Positions 23,835 to 34,678 of a stretch of 41,640 nt of DNA are shown here, in pieces (within the stretch, counting starts at the first letter, position 1; the number at the start of each line of letters is the position of its first letter). Made by a program: the position numbers and the translations under genes. Below the pieces are notes generated by a model. That model had not been told where the DNA came from and made no database searches. It saw only the letters and a list, made by a program, of their open reading frames with translations. This DNA comes from Octopus bimaculoides (Eukaryota), in contig NC_068986.1 in NCBI RefSeq assembly GCF_001194135.2, positions 7,750,770 through 7,792,409 on the forward strand, read 5' to 3'.

Positions 23835-25314
23835 TCTTTATTACGGCCAAATAAAGAAACTTTGGACCTCCGATAAAACAGTAGCCCACAGTGCGTTTGC
23901 AGTGCCATTACTCATACCAACATTTGGGCTGCTTGATTGGAGGCTTGATGAGATCCGACTCATTGATGTGAAAATCCGAAAAATACTAACAACCACACAT
24001 AATTTCCACATCAACCGTGATATAGACCGCCTCTACCTAAAACGAAAACAATGCGGTAGAGGCTTAACATCGGTCCAAAATGCCTTTGAATGTCGTATTA
24101 TATCTCTTTGCTAACATCTTTTAGCCACCAAGTGTTGAAGTGCATCCCTTGACCAAGTTTGCATACTTGAGGCTGATAACGTCATAAGACTTGGAAGGCA
24201 GCTCCTTGAGCAACGTTCTCTGTCTGATAACCTAGAATACATGTCCAAAGAAGTCTCACAACTCTACCGCAACATATTATCAGATGAAAAGATGGGCCTA
24301 TATGAGCAGAAGACTATGCATGGATATATTAGTAGAAAGCTCCAAGATGATAGTAACATCAAAGTAGTCTATCATGGACTAATAGCCGTAATACTACCTC
24401 CCACTTTCAAGGATATGTATTTGCAATCCAGGAACAGGAAATATCAACCAACCAAATACCTGATGCACAAAAGGAATAGAGATGCAGGAAATGCTGTAAA
24501 CTATGGCAACCGATGCAGACTTTGTGGAGTTAACACCGAATATCTCACCCACATCATAAGCGGTTGACCAAAAATTTGATCACGGTATTATCTACCGATG
24601 AGACATGATGCTATAGCTATGGCACTGTATAATGAAATCCGTCGGAAGGATAATAGCGAGGACGAAGAAATAAAAACCCACAATATGGTAGAAGCCATAG
24701 TCACTCATAATAGAAAAAGAGTACTAGTGGATTTCCCAGTGAAAACCTCAATAAAATGTAAGCCCAACAGAACTGATATAATGACTTGGGATACAGAAGA
24801 GAAACTGTGCAGTTGTGGAAATTAGGTACCCAGTGGATGTTAATCGGAAGCTGAAGATCAGTGAAAAAGAGAATACGTACGCCGAACTATTGAGAAATCT
24901 GCAGTTACTCTATCCGGATTACACATTCAGGTTTATATCTGTAATTTTTGACGCCCTGGGCGCCACACTACCTAACTACCAATCTTGAGAAATTAGGCTT
25001 TTCAAAACTAGAAAGAAGAAAGCTAACTCGAAGACTACAGATTGGATCTATCACTGGAATTGTAAAGATTTGTAAAACTTTCCAGAAGTTTATCATTTAA
25101 ATATATATGAGCATGTCTAGATATGCGACTATATGCATAAGAATACATACGTAAAGCAAAACATACAAATCTGCACATATACATACATACACAAATATCC
25201 TGTTGTTGATGTTGAAATTCCTATAAAGAAGCTTTGATTCTAGGTCAGAAAGCGGCTCTTTCTCTGTTAGCAAGAAATCTTGAAATAAAACTGAATAAGG
25301 AAATACATACATAC
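23835..25314 (+). mobile_element. R4/Dong-type RLE LINE, 5'-truncated: RT C-terminus, CCHC knuckle, restriction-like endonuclease, 3' UTR
   Basis: AFAVPLLIPTFGLLDW..IDVKIRKILT..HINRDIDRLYLKRKQCGRGL..MHGY..QEQEI.TKY..CRLCGVNTEYLTHIISG*P..RHDAIA..NRTDIMTWD..VVEI..KISEKENTYAEL; ends at atacatacatac. Confidence 0.88.
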
Positions 25315-25494
25315 AAATGCATTCTTATTTGTACCTGTTGTAACAGGTGAATTAGGTTATGTACCAATAAACTCGCAGAAAACCAAAAATACTTAGTTTC
25401 ACGAAGAAGCAGCGAAAGAAAGTGATGCGGATTCTCCAAATCCAATGTAATAGTGGTGCAGTGAAAATCTGGAAGACATTCTCAAAATTCTCCC

Positions 25495-25672
25495 TCTTTC
25501 TCTATTGGCAAGAAATCTTGAAATAAAACTGAACAATGACATACATACACACATACATATGAACACACACACGCCCCCTCTCACACACACACACATGTGT
25601 GTCTGCATCTGTATGTGTGTATGTATGTCATTGTTCAATTTTATTTGAAGATTTCTTGCCAATAGAGAAAGA
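25495..25672. repeat. Hairpin with 62-bp arms (2 mismatches) and 54-nt loop, formed from Dong 3' termini
   Basis: 25495-25556 versus reverse complement of 25611-25672. Confidence 0.92.
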
Positions 25673-26180
25673 ACCGGTTTCTAATCTAGAACCAAAGATC
25701 CTTCATTGGAATTTCAACATCAACAACAGGGTATTTTTGTATGTATGTATGTATATATGTATGTGAAGATTTTTTATTTTTATGTATGTATTCTCATGCA
25801 TGTTGTTGCATATCTAGACATGTTCATCTAAATGATAAACTTCTGGAAAGTTTTACAGATTTTTACAGCTCCAATGATGGATTGGATCTGTAGTCTTCGA
25901 ATTAGCTTTCACCTTTATGGTTATGGGAGACGTAATTTCTCAAGATTGGTATTTAGGTAGTGTGCTACATATCCCAGTGCCCCAATGATTACAGGTATAA
26001 ACTTGAATTTGTAATCTGGATTAGAGTAACTGTAGATTTCTCAATAGTTCAACGTACGTATTCTCGTCTTCACTGATCTTCAGCTTTATGTTAACATCTG
26101 CTGGGCAGCTAATTTCCACAACTGTGCATAGATTCTCTTCTGTATCCCAAATCATTATATCAGGTCTGTTGTGTTTATAT
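25611..26180 (-). mobile_element. Second R4/Dong 3' fragment (endonuclease and 3' UTR), inverted
   Basis: Minus strand KHNRPDIMIWDTEENLCTVVEISCPADVNIKLKISEDENTYVELLRNL; colinear with 24760-25314; both ends abut (CATA)n. Confidence 0.88.
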
Positions 26181-26331
26181 GTATGTATGTATGTATGTAT
26201 GTGCTACCTTTTAATCTCTCTAGGTCAATAAATAAAATGCCAAGCCAGACTGACGGACTGACAGAATTGATAAACTTTTGGATGAAATGTGTTACCATAC
26301 TTATCCCCGCATTTTGTGTTACCATACTTAC

Positions 26332-26492
26332 CCCAAACAGTATTTAGTCTTGCATTTCGTTAAGACAATTTGAGTGCATAATGAGGAAAGAGCTTGCTCG
26401 TATAAGCAGCTGATGGTCTGTTTTGAAGAAAAATATCTGTGCAGGACAGTATCTTTGAGACGAAGTTTCCAGGTGTAGATCCCTGGTATCAA
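26332..26492 (-). other. Candidate isolated exon (161 nt)
   Basis: Acceptor gggtttcag at 26493-26495, donor ggg|gtaagt at 26331; open frame LIPGIYTWKLRLKDTVLHRYFSSKQTISCLYEQALSSLCTQIVLTKCKTKYCL(G). Confidence 0.3.
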
Positions 26493-28010
26493 CTGAAACC
26501 CATGTATACCTGCATTGCCACACTCAGTGTTTGAAATGTCATTAGCATTCGTCAATATATGAAGAGTATATAGTGAAAGTAGATTGGGTGGCATGAAAGC
26601 GCCCAAATTTTACACGTTGAAAGTACACTGTTCATCAGATAAGGTTGCTAAAGTAAAAACTAAAACATTAGCTACCTGAAAATACCATTCCTAACTGCTT
26701 GACTCTACTAGTGCCGTACCAATGGCCGCATAGAATATAAAAAAGGTTTTTTGTCGCAGTACCTATAAGACCGAAGTTCCAGCTCAGTTTTTTTTCGCAC
26801 ACATCGCTCTTCCATAAAGTCTAATATAAACTAACAGTAATTGACGTTTTAAGCACAGAATTAACACTGCTGTATATTCTAATATTAAATCACAAGTCTT
26901 CAGCAAAATTAACTATAGCGAAATAACAGCGTCTCTACTAAACTGAACTTATTTAACTTGTTTCTTTCGAATACTCACTCTTCGATTATGTTAAGAAAAA
27001 ATACAATGGACCGAATATTCTGTGATTTTATATCGATCGCTATTTTTAACCCGCCAGGCGATAACCCAGCTCGTCTGCAGTTTGTATACATCTCGATGAT
27101 TTCTATGTTAATATAATTATTTCCTTCAATGTTGCTTTCGGCTCGAGCTTAATAATATCATAAAAAGTAAGAAACAATTTGTTTCCTCTATCGTAACATA
27201 ATATTGCAAGTTTCTAAGATTTTATTGTTACAAATATAAAAAAAATGTGCAAGAAAAGTTACTTCTAAAACATTGATTCCCAACTGATCATATAATTTGA
27301 AGAAATTTCTTTCAATATCTCTTTTCAGTATAATCTGGCACTGATGTAAATATATTACAGGAAAACAATGAACCGTATCATAAAAATGTAAAACAATCAA
27401 CAGTCTCACTGAAAAACCGAAGCCAGATAATTCACATACTCTTAAAATCTACCAACAGTTGCAGATCTATGATAGCGAGTTACATATATTTCATTAATAA
27501 CATGAATACAGTGTGTTTTGAACTTTGGGAGTAACGATGTTAGTTAATAGTTGATCAATCATAAGAAAAATGGAGAATTTACCTGAAAGTGTTTTCCTAA
27601 ACATGAAAGAAGAGGCAGGTAACATATTCGGTACTCTTTTGCTGTACTTTAGTTTGGTGGAGTACCCAATAATGATTATTTAAATATAAAATGCTTTTTC
27701 ATAATTTCCCTGTATCAATAAAATACTCTTTGATAATTTCCCTGTATAGATGTAAAACATACGTTTGATCTTTTCCATAGATAGCAGTTACAATATTGAT
27801 TTCGTTTCATTAGATAAGTTAAACATCGTTACAGATGAGTCATTGTGCAATAGAGTAGTGATAATAATTTTTATGAAAATTATTATCGGAATTATTGAAT
27901 GTTTCCACTAATTGGGATTTTAGGTGTTTAATACTTCGTGGTGTACCTGGGGATGTCAAAGACAAAATGGTGTATCACAAACTACGGATATTTGAATAAG
28001 ACGCTCTACT

Positions 28011-28410
28011 ATGTTTGTGTAAGTATTTCACCCAGTCAACTACTGCGTGTTGGTCAAGCAATTTATCCCAATCACCAGTAATATGTTGACCAATGAACAT
28101 CTCTTAACCAAGTGTAGAGTGACTCCCTCAGTGTGTTGGTCGAACAATCTCTTCTAATTTAGTGTAGTGTGTTGGTTAGGGATCAACTCCAATCAACTAC
28201 AATGTGTTCGTTAATGAAACTCTTTTAATCAAGTTTAATGTGTTGGCCATGTAATGTCTCCTAATTAACTGTAATCGCAACTACATGCAAAATGTTTGTT
28301 GAGGAATATGTGCCAATTCATTACACTTTGTTGGACAGATAATCGAACCCAATCAAATTTAGCTTCGCTATAATGAGTTGGTCTGAGAATATCTTCGTCT
28401 CAACTGAAAT
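28011..28410. repeat. Degenerate tandem array, ~36-bp unit, ~10 copies
   Basis: Units beginning (g/a)tgttgg at 28011, 28047, 28083, then 28204, 28240, 28292, 28328; exact 36-bp spacing between several neighbours. Confidence 0.75.
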
Positions 28411-29016
28411 TTTGCCTCGTTAAACCGATTGGTGCTATGAATAAAACAACGAACATTACAAAGGACCAATGTTTAATCGTAGATTTCAGTTCTACAATAA
28501 AAACAATTTTCCTTCGAGTTTGCATAAGCCTAAGGCTAAAAGAGAAGTCCTCTAAATTTGCTGTACTCCTATTTGACTGATAATCAAGTGAGATGAATCA
28601 CGCATACGCCAGTGGAAGTTACGTATAAAGCTATCTCACGAACACAAGAAAAACATTTACCATTCAACTCGTACTTACTCACTTTTCTCAACATACCAAT
28701 CATACTCTTGCTCATCGGTTCACATATGAAATCCTTCTGCCATTGTCACCGCCTAAACGTTAGATAATGTAGGAAATATTTATGGTTAAGAAGCCACACG
28801 CATTTACAGAGCTTTAAATCAATATCTACCTATTTATCTATCTCTATAAATGCATACACACAGATATATATATGAGAGCGTGTGAGCGTGCGTGAGTGAA
28901 TGTGTGAGTTTTCGTCTACATGTTTATATATGTATATGCTTCAAATTCACATCAGCATATCATCAGCCAATACCAAAAACCGAAATACCTCCAAATACAT
29001 TACATACAGATATAAG

Positions 29017-29094
<78 letters not shown>

Positions 29095-29124
29095 CGTATG
29101 GACGCCGGTTTTATCCCTCAAAAC

Positions 29125-29470
29125 CTTCTCTCCCAGTCAGTCGTTCCTATATTTAAAAAGGAGAATAAATCGCTCCCAGTAAATTACCGTCCAATCTCTG
29201 TCACTTCACATACCATCAAAATATGACATCAAGAATAACAGCCTTCCCAGAGCAAAATCATCTTCTAAATTGCAACCAGTATGGCTTTCGTGGTGGGCGG
29301 GACTGTCTAACACAGCTCTTCCACCACTTTGATGACATCTTAAATGCAGTGGGGGCTCCAACGCAGATGTCATATACCTTGATTTCAGCAAGGCCTTTGA
29401 TAGAGTCGACCACAATATACTGTTAAAGAAACTATCCAACGCTGGAGTCGGCGGAAAGCTACTTCAATTC
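29125..29470 (+). mobile_element. CR1/L2-type LINE RT fragment
   Basis: VVPIFKKENKSLPVNYRPISVTSHTIKI..NQYGFRGGRDCLTQL..NADVIYLDFSKAFDRVDHNILLKKLSNAGVGGKLL (with frameshifts). Confidence 0.9.
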
Positions 29471-30000
29471 CAACCACACCTACTCTAACCTCCCCTACAG
29501 ACACCAATCCACTCCACGCCCCACTTGACACAAAGACAAGCACAAGCTCACACAGGTCCCCTCCCTGCCCTGTGAGGAAAAATATGTTGTTCCACGGACA
29601 AAATGAAAAATTTTATAATGAGATAGATTCGTGGGACAAAGCGATAAAAGTGAATACAAGAGAAGTTGGGGGATTGCCTGGGCGCACCCAGAGTATCGTT
29701 TGAGAGTAAAGGATTATGAGGAGGGTTTTGAGCACTGGGTCAAGAAAATTGATACCAGCACAATACCAGAACGGGTAAGCTATCTTGGACTGTTAAAGAA
29801 ATTTAACAGATATTTTTCGTTTTTCAAAAACAAGTCGCTCGGTGGTGGGGGCCGAACAGCTTCATTTCATTTATCATTTTATCTAATTCATCATTTCCAT
29901 CCGTTTTTTTTTTCTGTCCCCACCATGTGCTGTCCTCTCTGTGTTAGGCTCTGTATGACCAATAAAAGAAAGTCAGTTGTAGTAAAGAGACAAAAATAAA
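29471..30000 (+). mobile_element. 3' fragment of a probable ORF1-like retroelement with 3' UTR and AATAAA
   Basis: Pro/Thr-rich stretch, then HGQNEKFYNEIDSWDKAIKVNTREVGG(fs)WAHPEYRLRVKDYEEGFEHWVKKIDTSTIPERVSYLGLLKKFNRYF, then pyrimidine-rich UTR ending ctgtgttaggctctgtatgaccaataaaagaaa. Confidence 0.45.
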
Positions 30001-30164
30001 CGCAGAACAGATACGAATGCAGACAAAAGTATTACAAGCGCAAACAGCAAAATAAGTTAGCCCCAAAAATAATACTGAATATACAACACAAGCAACACAC
30101 AGCAAGGACAAAAACACAAAAATAAAATAACTGTTTAAAAATATGTTCAATATTATCTGGAGTG

Positions 30165-30305
30165 TGGGGTTCGAGTTAACGTCGTTCCACTTTTTCATTT
30201 ATGATTACCATTCTTTTCATTCGATTTCATTTGTCCCTAATTTTGTGTTTTCTCTGTCCTTGTTTGTCCCGCTGTGTTAGGCCCCATATGGCCAAAAGAA
30301 GAAAT
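30165..30305 (+). mobile_element. Second related retroelement 3' tail
   Basis: gtggggttcgagtt..pyrimidine tract..ctgtgttaggccccatatggccaaaagaagaaa parallels 29840-29970. Confidence 0.5.
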
Positions 30306-30586
30306 ACAGTAGTAGTAGTCGTCGTACAAGTTCTCAGTTGGATTCATTATCAGTTACATGATACATACGAGTTTGAATTACCGTCAAGGTAGACGTTTCA
30401 AAGTCGTTGTCTTGCGGAGCTGTCAGCGATAGCACAATAGACGATAATAGCACCACAACATAATAGTGGATACAAGAATCTTACAGTGCTGATGACAACA
30501 TACAGATGGACGAGGATCCACATGATAACATATATGTATGCATTTATGCATGCATATGTACGTGTGTATAATCGAATATGTCGACA

Positions 30587-30665
30587 TCGCCGGAATTTGA
30601 ACTCAGAACGAAATGCTCCTAAGCATTTTGGTCGGCGTGCTAACGATGGTGCCAGCGCGCCGTCT
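30587..30665 (-). mobile_element. SINE family B 5' head fragment
   Basis: Reverse complement gctggcaccatcgttagcacgccgaccaaaatgcttagg..ttctgagttcaaattccggcg (A and B boxes). Confidence 0.7.
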
Positions 30666-31845
30666 TCTGTGTTGTAGTATATTGGCATCAGTTATAAGGA
30701 CAACAATTTTATCCCATATGAACTAACATTGTTGTGAATTATTTCAAACTGAAATAAATGACAGACCTAAAATTATCATTGTGTATTGATGTATGAAGCA
30801 GATAAAGGCATAACGATGTGGTCAAGACGTTTCATGCTCGTTCTCTCAAAGTAACGCATTCCCACTGGATGGTCTACCACAGCTTAAGCGATTTAAGTAT
30901 GATTTCTAGCAAATAAAGACACTACATAGTTGCTCCCTTGTTGACACTTCACCGTTCCTTGGTATGTGGTAATTCATGAATATTTATTGATATATTGCTT
31001 TTGATGTTTTGTTTTATATTTTAGATTCAGGTCTGTCATATTTATATGAAAGCATTACCTTCGTTTATTCAGCCAAATACTCAGGGGCTTCGACGAAAAT
31101 TGAATGCGGGACACGGCGCATACAATGTAAAATGAATTTTATTGTTAGCCATTCACTCGATTAAAGTTTGCTGTAAAACGAAAAAAAAAAGCTGAATGAA
31201 AGAAATGTCGCGCGACTATGAAGAAAAAGAACTAATAAAATTCGCCATTTTGTACTTTCTTTATCAACTTGCCAGTTTACGCCACTTTAGAAAAAAAAAA
31301 AGAAAAAAACAGAAAATTTAATTTTTGTCAGTTTTGTTAAGACCAACTCTCTTTATGATTTCCAGTTATTTGAAATATATTCTTTCAGTAAACAATTCAA
31401 ATTTTTCTCAACCGGTAATAGAGGAGAAAAACAAAACATATATCAATATAGTCTTATATTTATGTATTGAGAATCCTCACAAAATTTTGTATCTGTTATT
31501 CAGAAAAGTAGAAAATCTCATTTTTATGAAAGTTTGATTTTTGGATAATTTTAACCTTCGTATTATATTAAAATATTGATTGACGTTAACCGACGTGAGA
31601 CAAAGTTTATTACAAAAGAAATTCTGCAAACTTAGTAACAGACAACTTAATTGGAAAAAGAAAATCGTAGCATAAGATAAAGTGTTCCTACATTGTATTT
31701 GAAATTCATCTCATTTAAAAGGGGGAAAATATCGTTTAGTTTAATTATATTACATGTTAGTTCAAAGATATCAGACACCCTGGAATGTTGAGATAGGATT
31801 GAAACATAATTTACACCACGCAAGTTAGATTAAGACATAAATTAG

Positions 31846-31995
31846 ATTCCCAGGTCGACTTTGCCTTTCAGTCTTTAGCGGTTGATAAAGTACCAGTTGA
31901 AAACTGGAGTTGATGTAATCGACCAGCCCCCTACCTCAAAATTTCCTACCTTCCCTTAAAATTGCTGGCCTAGAGACAACATTTGGAACCATTCT
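31846..31995 (+). mobile_element. SINE family B 3' portion
   Basis: ggtcgactttgcctttcagtctttagcggttgataaagtaccagttgaaaactggagttgatgtaatcgac. Confidence 0.75.
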
Positions 31996-32507
31996 CATTA
32001 ACATTGCTGTTGTTGTTATGCTGGTGATGATGATAAACGATATCTGGATTTTGTTTTGTGTTTGAACAAGCTGAGTCCAAGTCTTACGCCGACACATTGA
32101 GCGAGAGTACGTTATAAAATGGATATTATGGCTAGGTTAGTTGATATGTTTTGGTGGAGGAAATTAGTTCGGTGAGAAGGACACATGTTTCAATTGTGCA
32201 CCTTGGAGTCATAAGATGTACTGTTATAGAAAAATAGAAAAATATAGAAAAATATAGAAAAATCTTTCGTTTTCTGGAGATGGCTTACATTAAAACATAC
32301 TTTTCTCTCATTGTTTTCGCGGATTCTTAATTCATGTTTCTTAATGGTTTCAAATTTAATCTATCTTCCCCGGCAGCTCGCCCTCACACGTCCATATTGT
32401 TTGTTATTCGGTGCGTTATTTTATTTACTGCATGAGTTTATTCCTATATGTTTTTGGAGGAGTGTTGCATAGTAGTGTGTGTAAATCACAAATCAACCAT
32501 ATCACAA

Positions 32508-32763
32508 TCTGTTGTGTCTGGGGAGAGTAAATTTCTTTTTGTGCCTTATAATTTAACACACTGACCAGTAAAATTTCCACGTATTCCTTATTTTTATTTT
32601 CCTAAAATTTTCGTTGCGTCTTGCAACCTTTTCTATTGTCTTGACTAAGACGCAACGAAAACTTTAGGAAAATAAAAATAAGGAGTAAGTGGAAATTTTA
32701 CCGGTGAGTGTGTTAAAATTATAAGGTACAAAAACAAAATGACTCTCCTCAGATACAACAGAA
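32508..32763. mobile_element. Palindromic MITE-like element, ~115-bp arms, ~22-nt centre
   Basis: 32508-32623 is the reverse complement of 32646-32763 with scattered mismatches (e.g. ttattttcctaaaattttcgttgcgtctt / aagacgcaacgaaaactttaggaaaataa). Confidence 0.85.
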
Positions 32764-32909
32764 TATGCTTCAACACACGAACTCACATAAAGAATCTTGC
32801 AAATCATGTGCAAAAACGAAAAACCATTTCATAGTATTCATGTTATCTGTTCATCGTTCATTTCTTTCTTTTTTTTTTGGTGGGTTTTGTTATGAGTTCG
32901 TCTTTACAG

Positions 32910-33877
32910 NNNNNNNNNNNNNNNNNNNNNNNNNNNNNNNNNNNNNNNNNNNNNNNNNNNNNNNNNNNNNNNNNNNNNNNNNNNNNNNNNNNNNNNNNNN
33001 NNNNNNNNNNNNNNNNNNNNNNNNNNNNNNNNNNNNNNNNNNNNNNNNNNNNNNNNNNNNNNNNNNNNNNNNNNNNNNNNNNNNNNNNNNNNNNNNNNNN
33101 NNNNNNNNNNNNNNNNNNNNNNNNNNNNNNNNNNNNNNNNNNNNNNNNNNNNNNNNNNNNNNNNNNNNNNNNNNNNNNNNNNNNNNNNNNNNNNNNNNNN
33201 NNNNNNNNNNNNNNNNNNNNNNNNNNNNNNNNNNNNNNNNNNNNNNNNNNNNNNNNNNNNNNNNNNNNNNNNNNNNNNNNNNNNNNNNNNNNNNNNNNNN
33301 NNNNNNNNNNNNNNNNNNNNNNNNNNNNNNNNNNNNNNNNNNNNNNNNNNNNNNNNNNNNNNNNNNNNNNNNNNNNNNNNNNNNNNNNNNNNNNNNNNNN
33401 NNNNNNNNNNNNNNNNNNNNNNNNNNNNNNNNNNNNNNNNNNNNNNNNNNNNNNNNNNNNNNNNNNNNNNNNNNNNNNNNNNNNNNNNNNNNNNNNNNNN
33501 NNNNNNNNNNNNNNNNNNNNNNNNNNNNNNNNNNNNNNNNNNNNNNNNNNNNNNNNNNNNNNNNNNNNNNNNNNNNNNNNNNNNNNNNNNNNNNNNNNNN
33601 NNNNNNNNNNNNNNNNNNNNNNNNNNNNNNNNNNNNNNNNNNNNNNNNNNNNNNNNNNNNNNNNNNNNNNNNNNNNNNNNNNNNNNNNNNNNNNNNNNNN
33701 NNNNNNNNNNNNNNNNNNNNNNNNNNNNNNNNNNNNNNNNNNNNNNNNNNNNNNNNNNNNNNNNNNNNNNNNNNNNNNNNNNNNNNNNNNNNNNNNNNNN
33801 NNNNNNNNNNNNNNNNNNNNNNNNNNNNNNNNNNNNNNNNNNNNNNNNNNNNNNNNNNNNNNNNNNNNNNNNNNNNN
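32910..33877. other. Assembly gap (N)
   Basis: Run of N. Confidence 1.
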
Positions 33878-33919
<42 letters not shown>

Positions 33920-33958
33920 CATCATCATCATCATCATCAATAATAACAATCATAATAC
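33878..33958. repeat. (TAT)n/(CAT)n microsatellite
   Basis: Direct inspection. Confidence 0.95.
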
Positions 33959-33959
33959 T

Positions 33960-34062
33960 GCTGCGAGATAGTCGAATCTTTAGCCCGCACGACAAAATCT
34001 TCCCCGCCAAAAAAAAAAAAAAAAAAATTCAGGCCTTGTGTCTATAGCAGAAAGAATTATTA
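33960..34062 (+). mobile_element. Internally deleted SINE family B (head joined to tail)
   Basis: gaatctttagcccgcacgacaaaat (head-like), poly-A, then aaattcaggccttgtgtctatagcagaaagaatt (tail-like). Confidence 0.45.
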
Positions 34063-34638
34063 TCATTGTCGTTGTTGTTTTTGTTGCTGTAGCTGTTGCT
34101 GTTGCAAATGTGTTGTTTTCAATTATTTTTTTTAGAACAGAATCAATAAATAATAACGAATCAATAAACTTGAATTGTAAATGAGAGTGAAATACATCTC
34201 CATTACAATATTGAGAATTCTTTTCAATTTCATAAATTCCAATTTAGTTCACAATAGTTAATTACCACAATTAGAAATACTATCATTATAAATTCATTCT
34301 CTGTTCTTTTCCACTGACTGTTTTCTCGTCTGCAATGGAGAACAATAATGAAATCATAAGATCTATACAATCACACAATTTATTGTTCGACTCGTTTCCA
34401 TATTATTTTTTATCTCACATTTTGCTGAATTCAACGTATGCTACGACTACAACCACCATCACTCATTAACTACAAGTGATGTCGATCTGCAGCTAGTTTT
34501 GAATGTGATGGGTTCTCAAATTAAGTAGGACTTTCACCCATGTTGCCTCCGTTCTGAGTTCTTATCCGTCGGTATCTGTTATACTTCTTTTGACGTGCTG
34601 TTAACCATAGTATGTGTGTGTGTGTGTGTGTGTGTGTA

Positions 34639-34678
34639 GGCGCAGGGGTGGCTGTGTGGTAAGTAGCTTGCTAACCAA
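34639..34678 (+). mobile_element. SINE family A head only (40 bp)
   Basis: ggcgcaggggtggctgtgtggtaagtagcttgctaaccaa matches 1955-1995; homology stops before the B box. Confidence 0.85.

Noticed and set aside
28011-28410. CRISPR-like 36-bp periodicity
   Set aside because: Eukaryotic context, no repeat/spacer alternation, units contiguous and divergent, no cas genes.
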